This document shows, piece after piece, positions 1 through 8,799 of a stretch of DNA of 64,000 bases; positions within the stretch are counted from its first letter, which is position 1, and every line of letters starts with the position of its first letter. The position numbers and the translations under genes were made by a program. The notes beneath the pieces are model-generated. The model was not told where the DNA came from. It made no database searches and was given only the letters and a program-made list of their open reading frames with translations. This stretch comes from a virus, in IMG/VR virus record IMGVR_UViG_3300045988_130750, positions 32,001 to 96,000 of that record, one strand, 5' to 3'.

Positions 1-574
1 CCCTCATGATTATCCATCTCTGGACTTCCCATGATTTGAGAGAGTTTTGATATACATTACTGTATAAAAGGTCTTTACTTAAACCATCACCAGCAGCATT
101 TTTAATTTCAATTTCAGCTTTAAATATGTATCCTGTCGAACCCATCATTGTATCAATATTATCATTTGCAAGTCTCTCCAAAGTGGTAAAAGTTTGTTCA
201 GCCTGACTGCCGCTACCGCTTGCAATATACGTCCAATAGTTGTTAAATAACATATTTTTTGACATTATGATTATGTCGATAAGAGTGGATTTACCAAATC
301 CACGGCTACATACCAACAATACATTGGGGCAAGTCCAACTTTGTTGAACTATCCATGCTTGTGCATCCAAAAGTTCTATATTGAAAAAGTCGTTTATAAA
401 GCGAACAGGATTACATTGATAATATTTTTGCATATATGCTATTTTTATCAACGAATCTATTTTTCTTGAAGACATAGCATAAGTGCCAGGTTTTACATAA
501 ATAATATCCTCTTGAATACATTGGTCATCGTACTTAATCACATCTAACGGATCAGAAATATCTTTAAACCTCAT
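1..574 (-). CDS. terL: Terminase large subunit, N-terminal part (gene continues past left edge)
   Basis: Open frame from ATG at 574-572 to the window edge; absent from the ORF track because no stop lies in the window. Begins MRFKDISDPLDV. Walker-A-like LLVCSRGFGKST. Start overlaps the stop of the upstream ORF. Confidence 0.7.
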   Translation of the reverse strand, partial: MRFKDISDPLDVIKYDDQCIQEDIIYVKPGTYAMSSRKIDSLIKIAYMQKYYQCNPVRFINDFFNIELLDAQAWIVQQSWTCPNVLLVCSRGFGKSTLIDIIIMSKNMLFNNYWTYIASGSGSQAEQTFTTLERLANDNIDTMMGSTGYIFKAEIEIKNAAGDGLSKDLLYSNVYQNSLKSWEVQRWIIMR

Positions 575-1865
575 TGTTCTCATCCTCACTTTCTGAATCA
601 TCAGATTCGTCAGATGCTTGTTCTGAGAAACAAGAGAATAAGTCATTTAAGTCAACTAAGTTCATATCAAGAGATATATTTTTATCTTTTAAATAATCTT
701 TAATGTCAAGATTTTCTCTAAGTAAAATACGAGATATTTCAATATATTTATCCAAATCTCTTTGCAAATCAACGATTTTTTGTCGTTGTTCTGCAACCAT
801 ATCAGACCATTCAGATTCATCAAGAGCAAGTGTTTTCATAATAGAAGCATTACTCAAATCCATTACTTGTTTCATAGCTTTACAAGTTTCTAAATCAAAA
901 CCATTGACTTCACCTTCACGAAGATTAAGTTCTTTTATTTTTTTGATTTTTCCTGTCCACGTATTTTCACCTTTTTTCGCATTTTTATTATGCTTGAGTG
1001 AAATACAACTATCTTGTGCCAAACTTGTAATAACAGAGGTAATTTTACCTTTGCTTTCTTGCAATGATTTTATTGTTGCAGAATTACGTTCAATATTGGA
1101 AATATCACTCATTAATTTAGCAACAGTATCATCTATTTTTGATTGCTGTAAGAAACCACGAACAATAGAAATAGCAGAAGATGTGCGCATCATATCTTCA
1201 TTTGCATCTTCACTTGAATCGAGAATTCCCAATAATTGAGAATATAAAAATGGTTGGTCTGCAATATCTTCTTTTTCAAATGGATCATAACTCAATAGTC
1301 GAATGACATCATCTTTGTTTTTCAAGAAACTATCATATGTATCCAATCCTGCATGAGTTTCAATTAACTGTTCTTCAGTTGTTTCTTCTTTTGGAGAATC
1401 AACAGTAACAGTAGATTTAAATATATCCGAATCCTTGAAAGTATCGCCATTATATTGCCCCATAGCAACGTTTTTTACATATGATAAGTATCCATTAGAA
1501 CGAACCTTGCCTGACGCAAGATTCTCAGATTCTTGAACACTGGAATCCCATAACTTTGTATAGAAAGGTTTGTTAAGATACCGCATAGCTTCAATTACTG
1601 AAGTTTTATCAGGATCGTGTTCGACTTTATCCTTACCGATTTTAAGAGCAATCTTACGTGCACAGTCTTTACAAATAGGAGTAAGCCCACTTTTATTTAG
1701 CGGATCTGTACTGACATAAAATTTATCTCGTGCCTTATGTGTATCACACATATAACACCAAGCACCATCTTTTAGAGTTTGCACTCTATCTTCAAGTGTT
1801 TCTATTTTCTTTCTCAGTTGAGCAGCCGTCAATTTCGTTTCGGTTGCATTACTTTTCGTAGCCAA
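564..1865 (-). CDS. Hypothetical protein directly upstream of terL (possible small terminase/DNA-binding subunit); CxxC...CxxC N-terminus, acidic C-terminal tail
   Basis: 433-aa ORF with TTG start and AAGGAGG upstream. Overlaps the terL start. Function is inferred from position only. Confidence 0.75.
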   Translation of the reverse strand: MATKSNATETKLTAAQLRKKIETLEDRVQTLKDGAWCYMCDTHKARDKFYVSTDPLNKSGLTPICKDCARKIALKIGKDKVEHDPDKTSVIEAMRYLNKPFYTKLWDSSVQESENLASGKVRSNGYLSYVKNVAMGQYNGDTFKDSDIFKSTVTVDSPKEETTEEQLIETHAGLDTYDSFLKNKDDVIRLLSYDPFEKEDIADQPFLYSQLLGILDSSEDANEDMMRTSSAISIVRGFLQQSKIDDTVAKLMSDISNIERNSATIKSLQESKGKITSVITSLAQDSCISLKHNKNAKKGENTWTGKIKKIKELNLREGEVNGFDLETCKAMKQVMDLSNASIMKTLALDESEWSDMVAEQRQKIVDLQRDLDKYIEISRILLRENLDIKDYLKDKNISLDMNLVDLNDLFSCFSEQASDESDDSESEDENNEV

Positions 1866-1884
1866 TCAACAGCCACCTCCTTTT

Positions 1885-1922
1885 ATTCAAATAAAATAGA
1901 AGAGTACCAACAGATACTCTTC
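1885..1922 (-). terminator. Rho-independent terminator after the 1923-3782 gene
   Basis: 8-bp stem GAAGAGTA (1899-1906) / TACTCTTC (1915-1922), directly after the stop, followed on the minus strand by a T-rich run. Confidence 0.6.
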
Positions 1923-3782
1923 TTAATAACCAACTACATATTTTTCTTTTATTAGTTCCAATTCATTATTATCATTCAATTCATAATTGAAAGAATGATA
2001 ATTTTCTAATTTTCCATTATTTTTTATGTATAACTCTATGAGTTTTTTACATAATTCAAAATTTTCATTTATGTCTTTTTCCCAAAGATACAAAACTTCA
2101 ATTCCATACTTATTTTTAATATAGGTATGTTTACGTTTATCCTTTATTAAATTTCCCTTAATACCAGAAGTGTTTGATTTATCAGACAAGAGAGGACTAC
2201 AATGCCAAAAATCACCTTGTACCTCGATCATTAAATGATAATCAGATAAATAATGGTCTACTAAATAATATTTACAATCGTATTCACCAATATATTTAAT
2301 ATCCATTTCGTCCAATAAATCATTTATCATTTGTTGTGGCTTTGAAGTTTCAATACTATTCTTCGTACCTTCAAGTGTTACCCATCTGATATAATCCTTA
2401 GTTTTCTTGACTCCCATTCGTCTAGCATATCTTTCTAATTGATCAACAGTTCGACCAGGAAATTTATCAATAAAATCACTTGTTCTATTGTTTGGATATA
2501 ATTGCCGAATCATTTCTCGTTCATTCTCAGAGAATAATTCATCTTTCCTATATATTCCAAATACATTAACAGCTCTATATTGAACAGATGATTCATCTTT
2601 ACCTAATATCTTGGCAATGTCAGAAACAGAATAATCCATATTTCTATAATTATCTTTTAAGAATTGATCTTGTTCTGAAGTCCAACCAGTAACAAATTCT
2701 TCATCTTTCTTAATACCAAGACTATTTATTTTCCCATACAAGCCAGATAAGCTCATATCATCTTTAAAATATTTATTATAGAATTTTTCTGTATTCATAT
2801 ATGGATATTCATTAAATAATAATTCTAATTTATCCTCAGTCCAATATACCTCACCGTTTCTAAAACGATTTGTTACAACTAAACCAAGTTCTGCTTTCTT
2901 TTTATCTATCTGTCCAATTTTTCTATCAGGGAAGAATTTTTCAATCAGAACATCAGCAGAATATGTATTATAATATTTCTTCAATATATCAATTTCTTCA
3001 TCAGTCCATTCTCTCGGTTTTTCATTCCTTAATAAACCAATAGAATTAGCTTTACCAGTAATTTCTGAAATTGTTCGATTGGGAATATATTTATTGTGAA
3101 TTTCTTCTAAAGAAATATCTTGTGAATAGTATTTGTTAAGATATGAGATTTCTTCATCAGTCCAAGAAATGTAATCTTGTTTAAGATTTAATTCACCAGC
3201 TCTGTGTAAAATTGCACTATATGTTTTTGAAAAATAATTTATCAAGTCATCATTCTTTACAGTTCCATAAATTTGCTTTAATAAATTATCTTCCTCAACA
3301 GTCCATACAATTTCTGCTTTATTGAGAGATAATTTTCTCCCTCTTGCTTCAATGGCACGAACAGTTTTATTTGGTAAGAACAAATCATGTAATTCTGTAT
3401 TAGTATAATTTGCAAATTTATCTTTAAGGATTTCGTCTTCTTCAATCGACCATACACAACTGACTTTATGTTTTAAGTGTAAAACGCTTGCTTTACTTGT
3501 TACTTGTGATAATGTCAACTGTGGAAAATAATTCTTTTGAATGTCTTTTACATACATTCCATTTTCATATTTCTCTGTCAGTAGAGCAATATCTTCATCA
3601 GACCATCTAAAAGTTTTTGATTCTAATCCAAGTGTTTTTATTCTTCCTCGTACACTTGGAACTGTTCTTTCGGGAAAATATTTTTCTACAATTTCTGGAT
3701 ATGACATTTTATCATATACCTGTTTTAATATTTCATCTTCTTGAATTGTCCATTTTTTACTTGCCATAATTATTTCGCTCAC
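1923..3782 (-). CDS. Homing-endonuclease-like protein: 8-9 tandem Myb/SANT-like repeats fused to a Vsr/DUF559-type PD-(D/E)xK nuclease domain
   Basis: 619-aa ORF. Repeats W[ST]xE[ED]xxLxxxY about every 50 aa. C-terminus DHYLSDYHLMIEVQGDFWHC...GIEVLYLWEKDI resembles the Vsr/DUF559 core. Confidence 0.8.
   Translation of the reverse strand: MSEIIMASKKWTIQEDEILKQVYDKMSYPEIVEKYFPERTVPSVRGRIKTLGLESKTFRWSDEDIALLTEKYENGMYVKDIQKNYFPQLTLSQVTSKASVLHLKHKVSCVWSIEEDEILKDKFANYTNTELHDLFLPNKTVRAIEARGRKLSLNKAEIVWTVEEDNLLKQIYGTVKNDDLINYFSKTYSAILHRAGELNLKQDYISWTDEEISYLNKYYSQDISLEEIHNKYIPNRTISEITGKANSIGLLRNEKPREWTDEEIDILKKYYNTYSADVLIEKFFPDRKIGQIDKKKAELGLVVTNRFRNGEVYWTEDKLELLFNEYPYMNTEKFYNKYFKDDMSLSGLYGKINSLGIKKDEEFVTGWTSEQDQFLKDNYRNMDYSVSDIAKILGKDESSVQYRAVNVFGIYRKDELFSENEREMIRQLYPNNRTSDFIDKFPGRTVDQLERYARRMGVKKTKDYIRWVTLEGTKNSIETSKPQQMINDLLDEMDIKYIGEYDCKYYLVDHYLSDYHLMIEVQGDFWHCSPLLSDKSNTSGIKGNLIKDKRKHTYIKNKYGIEVLYLWEKDINENFELCKKLIELYIKNNGKLENYHSFNYELNDNNELELIKEKYVVGY
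2372..3752 (-). repeat. Coding tandem repeat array (about 50-aa Myb/SANT-like units) inside the 1923-3782 gene
   Basis: Units start WTIQEDE, WSDEDI, WSIEEDE, WTVEEDN, WTDEEIS, WTDEEID, WTEDKLE, WTSEQDQ, plus a divergent FSENERE. Boundaries are approximate. Confidence 0.7.
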
Positions 3783-4055
3783 TTTCTTGCTCGCTTATTT
3801 ATAAAAAGATGGAAGAGTGGTGCGAGCGATTACCAACTCATATGGCTCATGACTTCCATATGTCTTCCATCCATAATCCAACTACCTGCAATCGAAACAG
3901 TAACGATCCTCTCATAGTTGGCTATATATTTATTCTCTTTTTAAATTCCATCACAATATAAAAAGAAGCCACTTCATACGAAATGACTTCTCATAATTTC
4001 CAATATTAAATTTCCAATGAAAGTGCAATTTACATTGAAAAGAGTAGCACTGTGG

Positions 4056-4604
4056 CTACTCTCTATCACTCATATTTCTAATTGTTGTATATGGAATATC
4101 ATGACTGTCTAATAAATCACAAACATATTTACCTAATCCAGTGTCATCAACGTAAACAGTCATATTACCTTTATTACAGTAAGAAGTAATTGTATATATA
4201 AAAATTGCTTTATCTTTCTTTAAATCAAAACGAAATTTCCTTCTACCAACATATACAAGTGTCACATCAGTTCCATAGTCAATATACATTGTTGTACTAT
4301 CACCAACAGTCCATTTTTTATGATTTCTAATTTCGCCAGAATGATTCTGTTCCCAAACAGCAACTTCGTTATGCCCATCTGTTTCGTATTCAGAATATTC
4401 TAAATGCCAATCATACTCTTTAATTAAAGACAATGTATCTTTTAAAAGTCGAAGAGTATCAATTGTCATTTTATTTCTAAATGCACAATTATCTGGATCA
4501 GCTTCTGCGCTTACATATTTATTGTATCTTTCTGTAAGAGCCTTTGCGTCCTTGATTAACGTGTCAACAGTTTCATCAAAAATATTTTTGTTTCCTTTAT
4601 TCAT
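4056..4604 (-). CDS. Hypothetical protein
   Basis: 182-aa ORF with GGAGGAAAATTAAATG start context, followed by a hairpin at 4041-4062. Confidence 0.75.
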   Translation of the reverse strand: MNKGNKNIFDETVDTLIKDAKALTERYNKYVSAEADPDNCAFRNKMTIDTLRLLKDTLSLIKEYDWHLEYSEYETDGHNEVAVWEQNHSGEIRNHKKWTVGDSTTMYIDYGTDVTLVYVGRRKFRFDLKKDKAIFIYTITSYCNKGNMTVYVDDTGLGKYVCDLLDSHDIPYTTIRNMSDRE

Positions 4605-4665
4605 TTAATTTTCCTCCAAGCAGTAAGTTGCAAGCTATTATTTGTTAATACAATTTTGTACTTAG

Positions 4666-4738
4666 CACACCTTCTACGATTTGAACATAGACCTGACGAT
4701 TTTGGAGATCGTTGCTCTACCAATTAAGCTAAAGGTGT
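4666..4738 (-). tRNA. tRNA-Trp: tRNA-Trp (anticodon CCA)
   Basis: Hand-folded cloverleaf. Acceptor ACACCTT/AAGGTGT, anticodon arm ACGAT-CTCCAAA-ATCGT, T loop TTCAAAT. Confidence 0.85.
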
Positions 4739-4834
4739 ATATAACAAAAGAGCCATCTCAACACATGAAATGACTCTTTCTTAACACAGTATTAAATTTA
4801 CCAATCAGTCGCCAAACTGATTATAACTGTATAG

Positions 4835-4914
4835 GGCGGTAGGGTAGTGATGAACTACCAGGGATAAAACCGTATGTGCACCACAGCAAAATCCTTCGAC
4901 ATCAGGCTTACCGC
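4835..4914 (-). other. Degenerate tRNA-like element between tRNA-Glu and tRNA-Trp
   Basis: Acceptor-like GCGGTA/TACCGC and T-arm-like GGTAG-TTCATCA-CTACC. No clean D arm or anticodon arm; the best is a weak stem with loop GTGCACA. Confidence 0.3.
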
Positions 4915-4918
4915 ATAA

Positions 4919-4991
4919 TGACTCTGGCGTGACTTGAACACAGCATTACCACCTTGAAAGGGTGGTGTCCTTACCTTTAGACCACAGAGCC
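4919..4991 (-). tRNA. tRNA-Glu: tRNA-Glu (anticodon UUC)
   Basis: Acceptor GGCTCTG/CAGAGTC, anticodon arm CCACC-CTTTCAA-GGTGG. The T stem has one C-C mismatch. Confidence 0.75.
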
Positions 4992-5052
4992 ATATTTATT
5001 TTTCATAACCTTTACAGAGTGCTTTGAAAAATATAAAGTCAAGTATCTCTAA

Positions 5053-5124
5053 CTGACTCGGTAGGGATTGAACCTACGACATGCAGATTAACAGTCTGCC
5101 GTTCTACCACTGAACTACGAGCCA
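5053..5124 (-). tRNA. tRNA-Asn: tRNA-Asn (anticodon GUU), G3:U70 in acceptor stem
   Basis: Acceptor TGGCTCG/CGAGTCA, D arm GTTC-AGTGGTA-GAAC, anticodon arm GCAGA-CTGTTAA-TCTGC, T arm GTAGG-TTCAATC-CCTAC. Confidence 0.9.
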
Positions 5125-6236
5125 ATAAAATCAGCATAAAGCACTAACTATCTGATATTGGATTGTACACATCCAGTTATTTAGAATAGGAATACCTAGA
5201 AAATTCCCATTCATACTTACTCATTATTCTTCCCATATTTTCAGTCTTCGGAGCAAAGACCTCTTGACAATGTTTAATGTCTCTTATCCGACAGACCGCC
5301 CAGTAATCATTCGCTATTTCTATCTCAAAAACTCGGATACGAATTTAGCGATAAATCCATACCTTACAAAACTAAATAGAAAAGTTTTCAATCTAAATAT
5401 TTTAAAAAAATAATCCAGCTTCGTTGCCGATCTCATCAATAATGATAGTCTTTTGGACTTAGTATATTTATACAATCTTCCAATGCGGAATTATTTTAAT
5501 CTCATTAACGCAGAGAAGCACGAACACCATTCCATTATAGGTTGGAATAAACCGATTATCCGTGGTGTTGTTAGGATATAACATTATCTCACTAAGTTTC
5601 GTGCGCACTAGAGTCGCTAAACTGTCAGCTCTACCTAGCGAGATAGTAAGACTTACAATCTACAGGACGTAGAAATGCCAAAACATGTTAATTGTCTACT
5701 AAGGCAAGACTTCTCCATAACACCGCCAATGAGCAGTAGCAGTGGGAAGTTTTAGACCATTCCAAGGTGAAATATTTCTGCAAACCGACCATTATATTTA
5801 TGTCGCATATCGGTTAGCGACAGCTCACTTGTAAAAATCTGTCAACGGATTGACAGACCGCCCTCACTTCTTTTGGATGTGAGCAGCTTGTTGTATTTTA
5901 TTATTCTCCAAACACTTGTTGCATGTCCTTGTTTCTGCTATAATATTCTTCTCCCTATATGGACTAAGGAGGAATTGCCCATGAAAGCAGTTTTGAATCT
6001 GTCCCGTCCAACTGAAATAAGCAGCTAAAAGGACATGTAATAAAGCGGAATCGAAACCGCTTAAAGTGTGTATCCGTGTTAAGAAAGATCAAGTTGGTAA
6101 CTTGCTTTGTTACATAATAGGCGTAGTAACAATGCCACAACGGAGGTTGGAAAATAAATTCGACATGGGACGACCTCACCAATCGTCTCATTTGAAGTAT
6201 ATGTTTGAGGATTTATCAAGGGTTAGATGAAAGCTT
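5125..6236. ncRNA. ORF-free, hairpin-rich region next to the tRNA cluster; candidate large structured RNA (class and strand unresolved)
   Basis: No credible ORF. Many stems, e.g. TCTGTCAA-TCCG-TTGACAGA at 5838-5857 and GCGG-AATCGAAA-CCGC at 6046-6061. 9-bp long-range pair 5922-5930/6029-6037. 12-nt direct repeat GACAGACCGCCC at 5290 and 5852. Confidence 0.35.
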
Positions 6237-7262
6237 CTAAAATCCAAACATGGAATTTATAGTATCTTCCGAATGATCCTTCAAGTATCCCTGTGTGGTA
6301 CTCGGATCTGAATGATGGGCAAATACTTGAACTTGTTCTAATGGAAACTTTTTAGGATTTCCATTCTCATCAAGTAATCGCATATCTGTTCCTTGTGAAA
6401 GACACTCTAACCTAGAATGGCGCATCGTATGTGTAAATATATTACATGGCTCGCCACGCACTTCAGAAAGTATTTTAGAAATACTTACAATTCTGTCGTA
6501 GAGTACACTAGAATCAGCAATAGGTTGTTTGTGATCACCAGAACCTTTAATCCATAATGAATCAATATCATCGTCTCCACGCCATTCTAAATATTTTCTA
6601 ATCAATTCTTTAGTATCATCTAAATATACAAGAGGAAACTTCTTACCTCGTTTACCAATAACAACATTCGTTTTATTTCCATCCAATAATCCATGTTTTT
6701 GTATCTGAAACAACTCGTTTTTTCTGCCAGCAGAATCAAAACCTATGCTCCACAATACGGCTAGTTGCCACTTTTCTTGTGATACTAAAATATCACGAAC
6801 TTTAATAAATTCATCATATGTAAAGAAAAAATCATCATCATCGTCTTTTACACGAGATTTTGGAATACCACGAACTTTTTTGGCATAATTGACCTCATAT
6901 TCATAGTCATCATCATCTTCACAGAATGTAAGCAAACTGTTAATAGAACTTTTAAGTCTATTTGTTCTTGCTGCTGACATTTCACATTCTTCTGTAAAAT
7001 ACAAACTCAAATTACGAAAATCCTTCTTCTTTAATTCGAGAACACAACGATTGTCTAACTCCTTGAGTATGTAAATCATAATAATCCGTAGATCATTGTG
7101 ATATCCTGATATCGTACCTTTACTCATTTTTCGTTGTTTGTATTCTTGAAGAAAATCATCCATTATTCGTTTATTCTCTTTATTAACTTGTTCCCATAAT
7201 TCAGGAGTATAAAAATTATGATATATTCGACCTCTATTTCCCAAAATCTCACTTCCTTTCAA
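6237..7262 (-). CDS. Tyrosine recombinase / phage integrase family
   Basis: 341-aa ORF. C-terminal catalytic pattern THTMRHSRLE...FAHHSDPSTTQGYL (R..H-x-x-R..Y). The start may be the internal TTG at 7244. Confidence 0.8.
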   Translation of the reverse strand: MKGSEILGNRGRIYHNFYTPELWEQVNKENKRIMDDFLQEYKQRKMSKGTISGYHNDLRIIMIYILKELDNRCVLELKKKDFRNLSLYFTEECEMSAARTNRLKSSINSLLTFCEDDDDYEYEVNYAKKVRGIPKSRVKDDDDDFFFTYDEFIKVRDILVSQEKWQLAVLWSIGFDSAGRKNELFQIQKHGLLDGNKTNVVIGKRGKKFPLVYLDDTKELIRKYLEWRGDDDIDSLWIKGSGDHKQPIADSSVLYDRIVSISKILSEVRGEPCNIFTHTMRHSRLECLSQGTDMRLLDENGNPKKFPLEQVQVFAHHSDPSTTQGYLKDHSEDTINSMFGF

Positions 7263-7287
7263 ATCAAAAGAAGCGAAGTAGTAATAA

Positions 7288-8475
7288 CTAGATCACTTCT
7301 TGATAGTCAATAACATTTCTTCCCCATTTAATATCATCTTTATATTTCAATTCACCAATTTTTGATACTTTATTCCAATTGATATTATTCTTAATAAAAG
7401 ACTCAATATTTTTTCTAAGTGCAATAGAATCTTCAACTAGAATTTTATGTATGTTTTCTTTAGTTAGATCACAGGGGAAGAGTATATAATAATTTAAATT
7501 GTTTTCTTTTAACATAGATTGTTTTTCGGATAACTTTTGACGATAAATTTCTTTAGAATTGCTACATGTTATTTCTTTGTTAGAAAAGAAATGGTTCTTA
7601 TACGATTCAATAACTCCAGCAATTTCAATATAAATATTTTTACCATTAATATTAATTAAATAATCACAGTTCATATTTTTATTGTAATTTGGAATAAAAG
7701 ATGAATATTTTACATCTCTTTGATAGTCAACGCCATATTTAAGACCAAAATCACGTAAACACTTAGAAAAAAGATATTCAAATTGACTTGTTACATGTTC
7801 GCCGTCTAGAAAATCAAAAGTAATTCCTCTACCTTGTTTCCCAAGATTTATATTTTCTTTTGATAAAATAGTTTGCAAATCGCAATTGTAATACTTCTTA
7901 ATCGTTTTTTGTAATGTATCAGCATTTAGCCAATTATGATTATTGTCAATTTCTGATGTTGTTATAAAATTACGATTATCATTTTTAACATAGACACAAA
8001 TATCAAGTATCATTTTATCTAGTTCATCTTTAGATAAAGATTTATCTATCATTGATTCTTGAACTATTTCTAATCCAAGTTCCTTTTTCATATTATTAAT
8101 TGTTCCCCAATATTTTTTGATTCCTTCTATGGGTGGATGGTAACATCCTCTTCCTCTAAAGTCATCATACATTAAAGGTCTATCTTTTTCTGATTGTAAT
8201 TTGTAAATCAGTTTTATCATTTTATTCTTTGATGGTGTTTTACCTTTTGCTACAAAACCACACCAATCAACAAAATCAGCCCAAGTTTTAACTGATTCAT
8301 CTGGACAATTATTTATATACCATCTACCATCAGGTAAGTTAAAAGGCTCTTTCCGCAATAAATCATATTTTATTGGTTTGCCTAATTCTTCACTTTTTTG
8401 AACATATTCCCTTACATAATGGTCGTAATCTTCGATATTAAATTCTCTCTGTTTTGTACTTCCCATATTTTTCAC
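7288..8475 (-). CDS. Homing-endonuclease-like protein (two HEAR-like N-terminal repeats, PD-(D/E)xK-like C-terminus)
   Basis: 395-aa ORF. Repeated xxPxxW..F..WCGF / KKYWGTINNMKKELGL modules. C-terminus DYLININGKNIYIEIAG resembles a restriction-endonuclease-fold core. Confidence 0.6.
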   Translation of the reverse strand: MKNMGSTKQREFNIEDYDHYVREYVQKSEELGKPIKYDLLRKEPFNLPDGRWYINNCPDESVKTWADFVDWCGFVAKGKTPSKNKMIKLIYKLQSEKDRPLMYDDFRGRGCYHPPIEGIKKYWGTINNMKKELGLEIVQESMIDKSLSKDELDKMILDICVYVKNDNRNFITTSEIDNNHNWLNADTLQKTIKKYYNCDLQTILSKENINLGKQGRGITFDFLDGEHVTSQFEYLFSKCLRDFGLKYGVDYQRDVKYSSFIPNYNKNMNCDYLININGKNIYIEIAGVIESYKNHFFSNKEITCSNSKEIYRQKLSEKQSMLKENNLNYYILFPCDLTKENIHKILVEDSIALRKNIESFIKNNINWNKVSKIGELKYKDDIKWGRNVIDYQEVI

Positions 8476-8685
8476 CTATGCCTTTCCCTATGCCAACAAC
8501 TAAAAATAGAACAGTAGAAGAGAGGCATAGGTTCTCATATACTTGGTAGCTACTCCAAGTACCTACTGTTCCATAAATCCTCCAACCAGCTATGACACCA
8601 ATCAGAAGCACATATATTTGTTCTCTATTTGTCGCACGACAAATATCAAAAACTTGTTCATATCACATTACTTGAACAAGTTAAG

Positions 8686-8757
8686 CTGGCTCGGTAGGGA
8701 TCGAACCTACGACATCCTGATTAACAGTCAGGCGTTCTACCTCTGAACTACGAGTCA
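8686..8757 (-). tRNA. tRNA-Asn: tRNA-Asn (anticodon GUU), A3-C70 mismatch in acceptor stem
   Basis: Acceptor TGACTCG/CGAGCCA, anticodon arm CCTGA-CTGTTAA-TCAGG, T arm GTAGG-TTCGATC-CCTAC. Confidence 0.85.
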
Positions 8758-8799
8758 ATACAAAAAGAGTGCGCAGCATAAACCACACACTCTAAAAAT

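Noticed and set aside
703-1239. 178-aa plus-strand ORF, and similar antisense ORFs (3541-3744, 8938-9372, 12122-12334, 16747-16935, 17220-17411, 22407-22592)
   Set aside because: Each lies entirely inside a longer, better-supported leftward gene. They have low-complexity, hydrophobic, AT-codon-driven content and no SD, so they are shadow ORFs.
5964-6191. 75-aa minus-strand ORF in the large ORF-free region
   Set aside because: It has no SD and an odd composition (FRFRFITCPFSC). It overlaps strong hairpins and a convergent promoter plus mini-ORF. It is more likely non-coding.
5125-8475. Group II or group I intron carrying the recombinase or endonuclease genes
   Set aside because: There is no reverse transcriptase, no recognisable domain V-like hairpin or GUGYG 5' end, and no split host gene flanking the region that I can reconstruct.
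8543-8746. 67-aa plus-strand ORF
   Set aside because: It runs antisense through tRNA-Asn (8686-8757) and has no SD.
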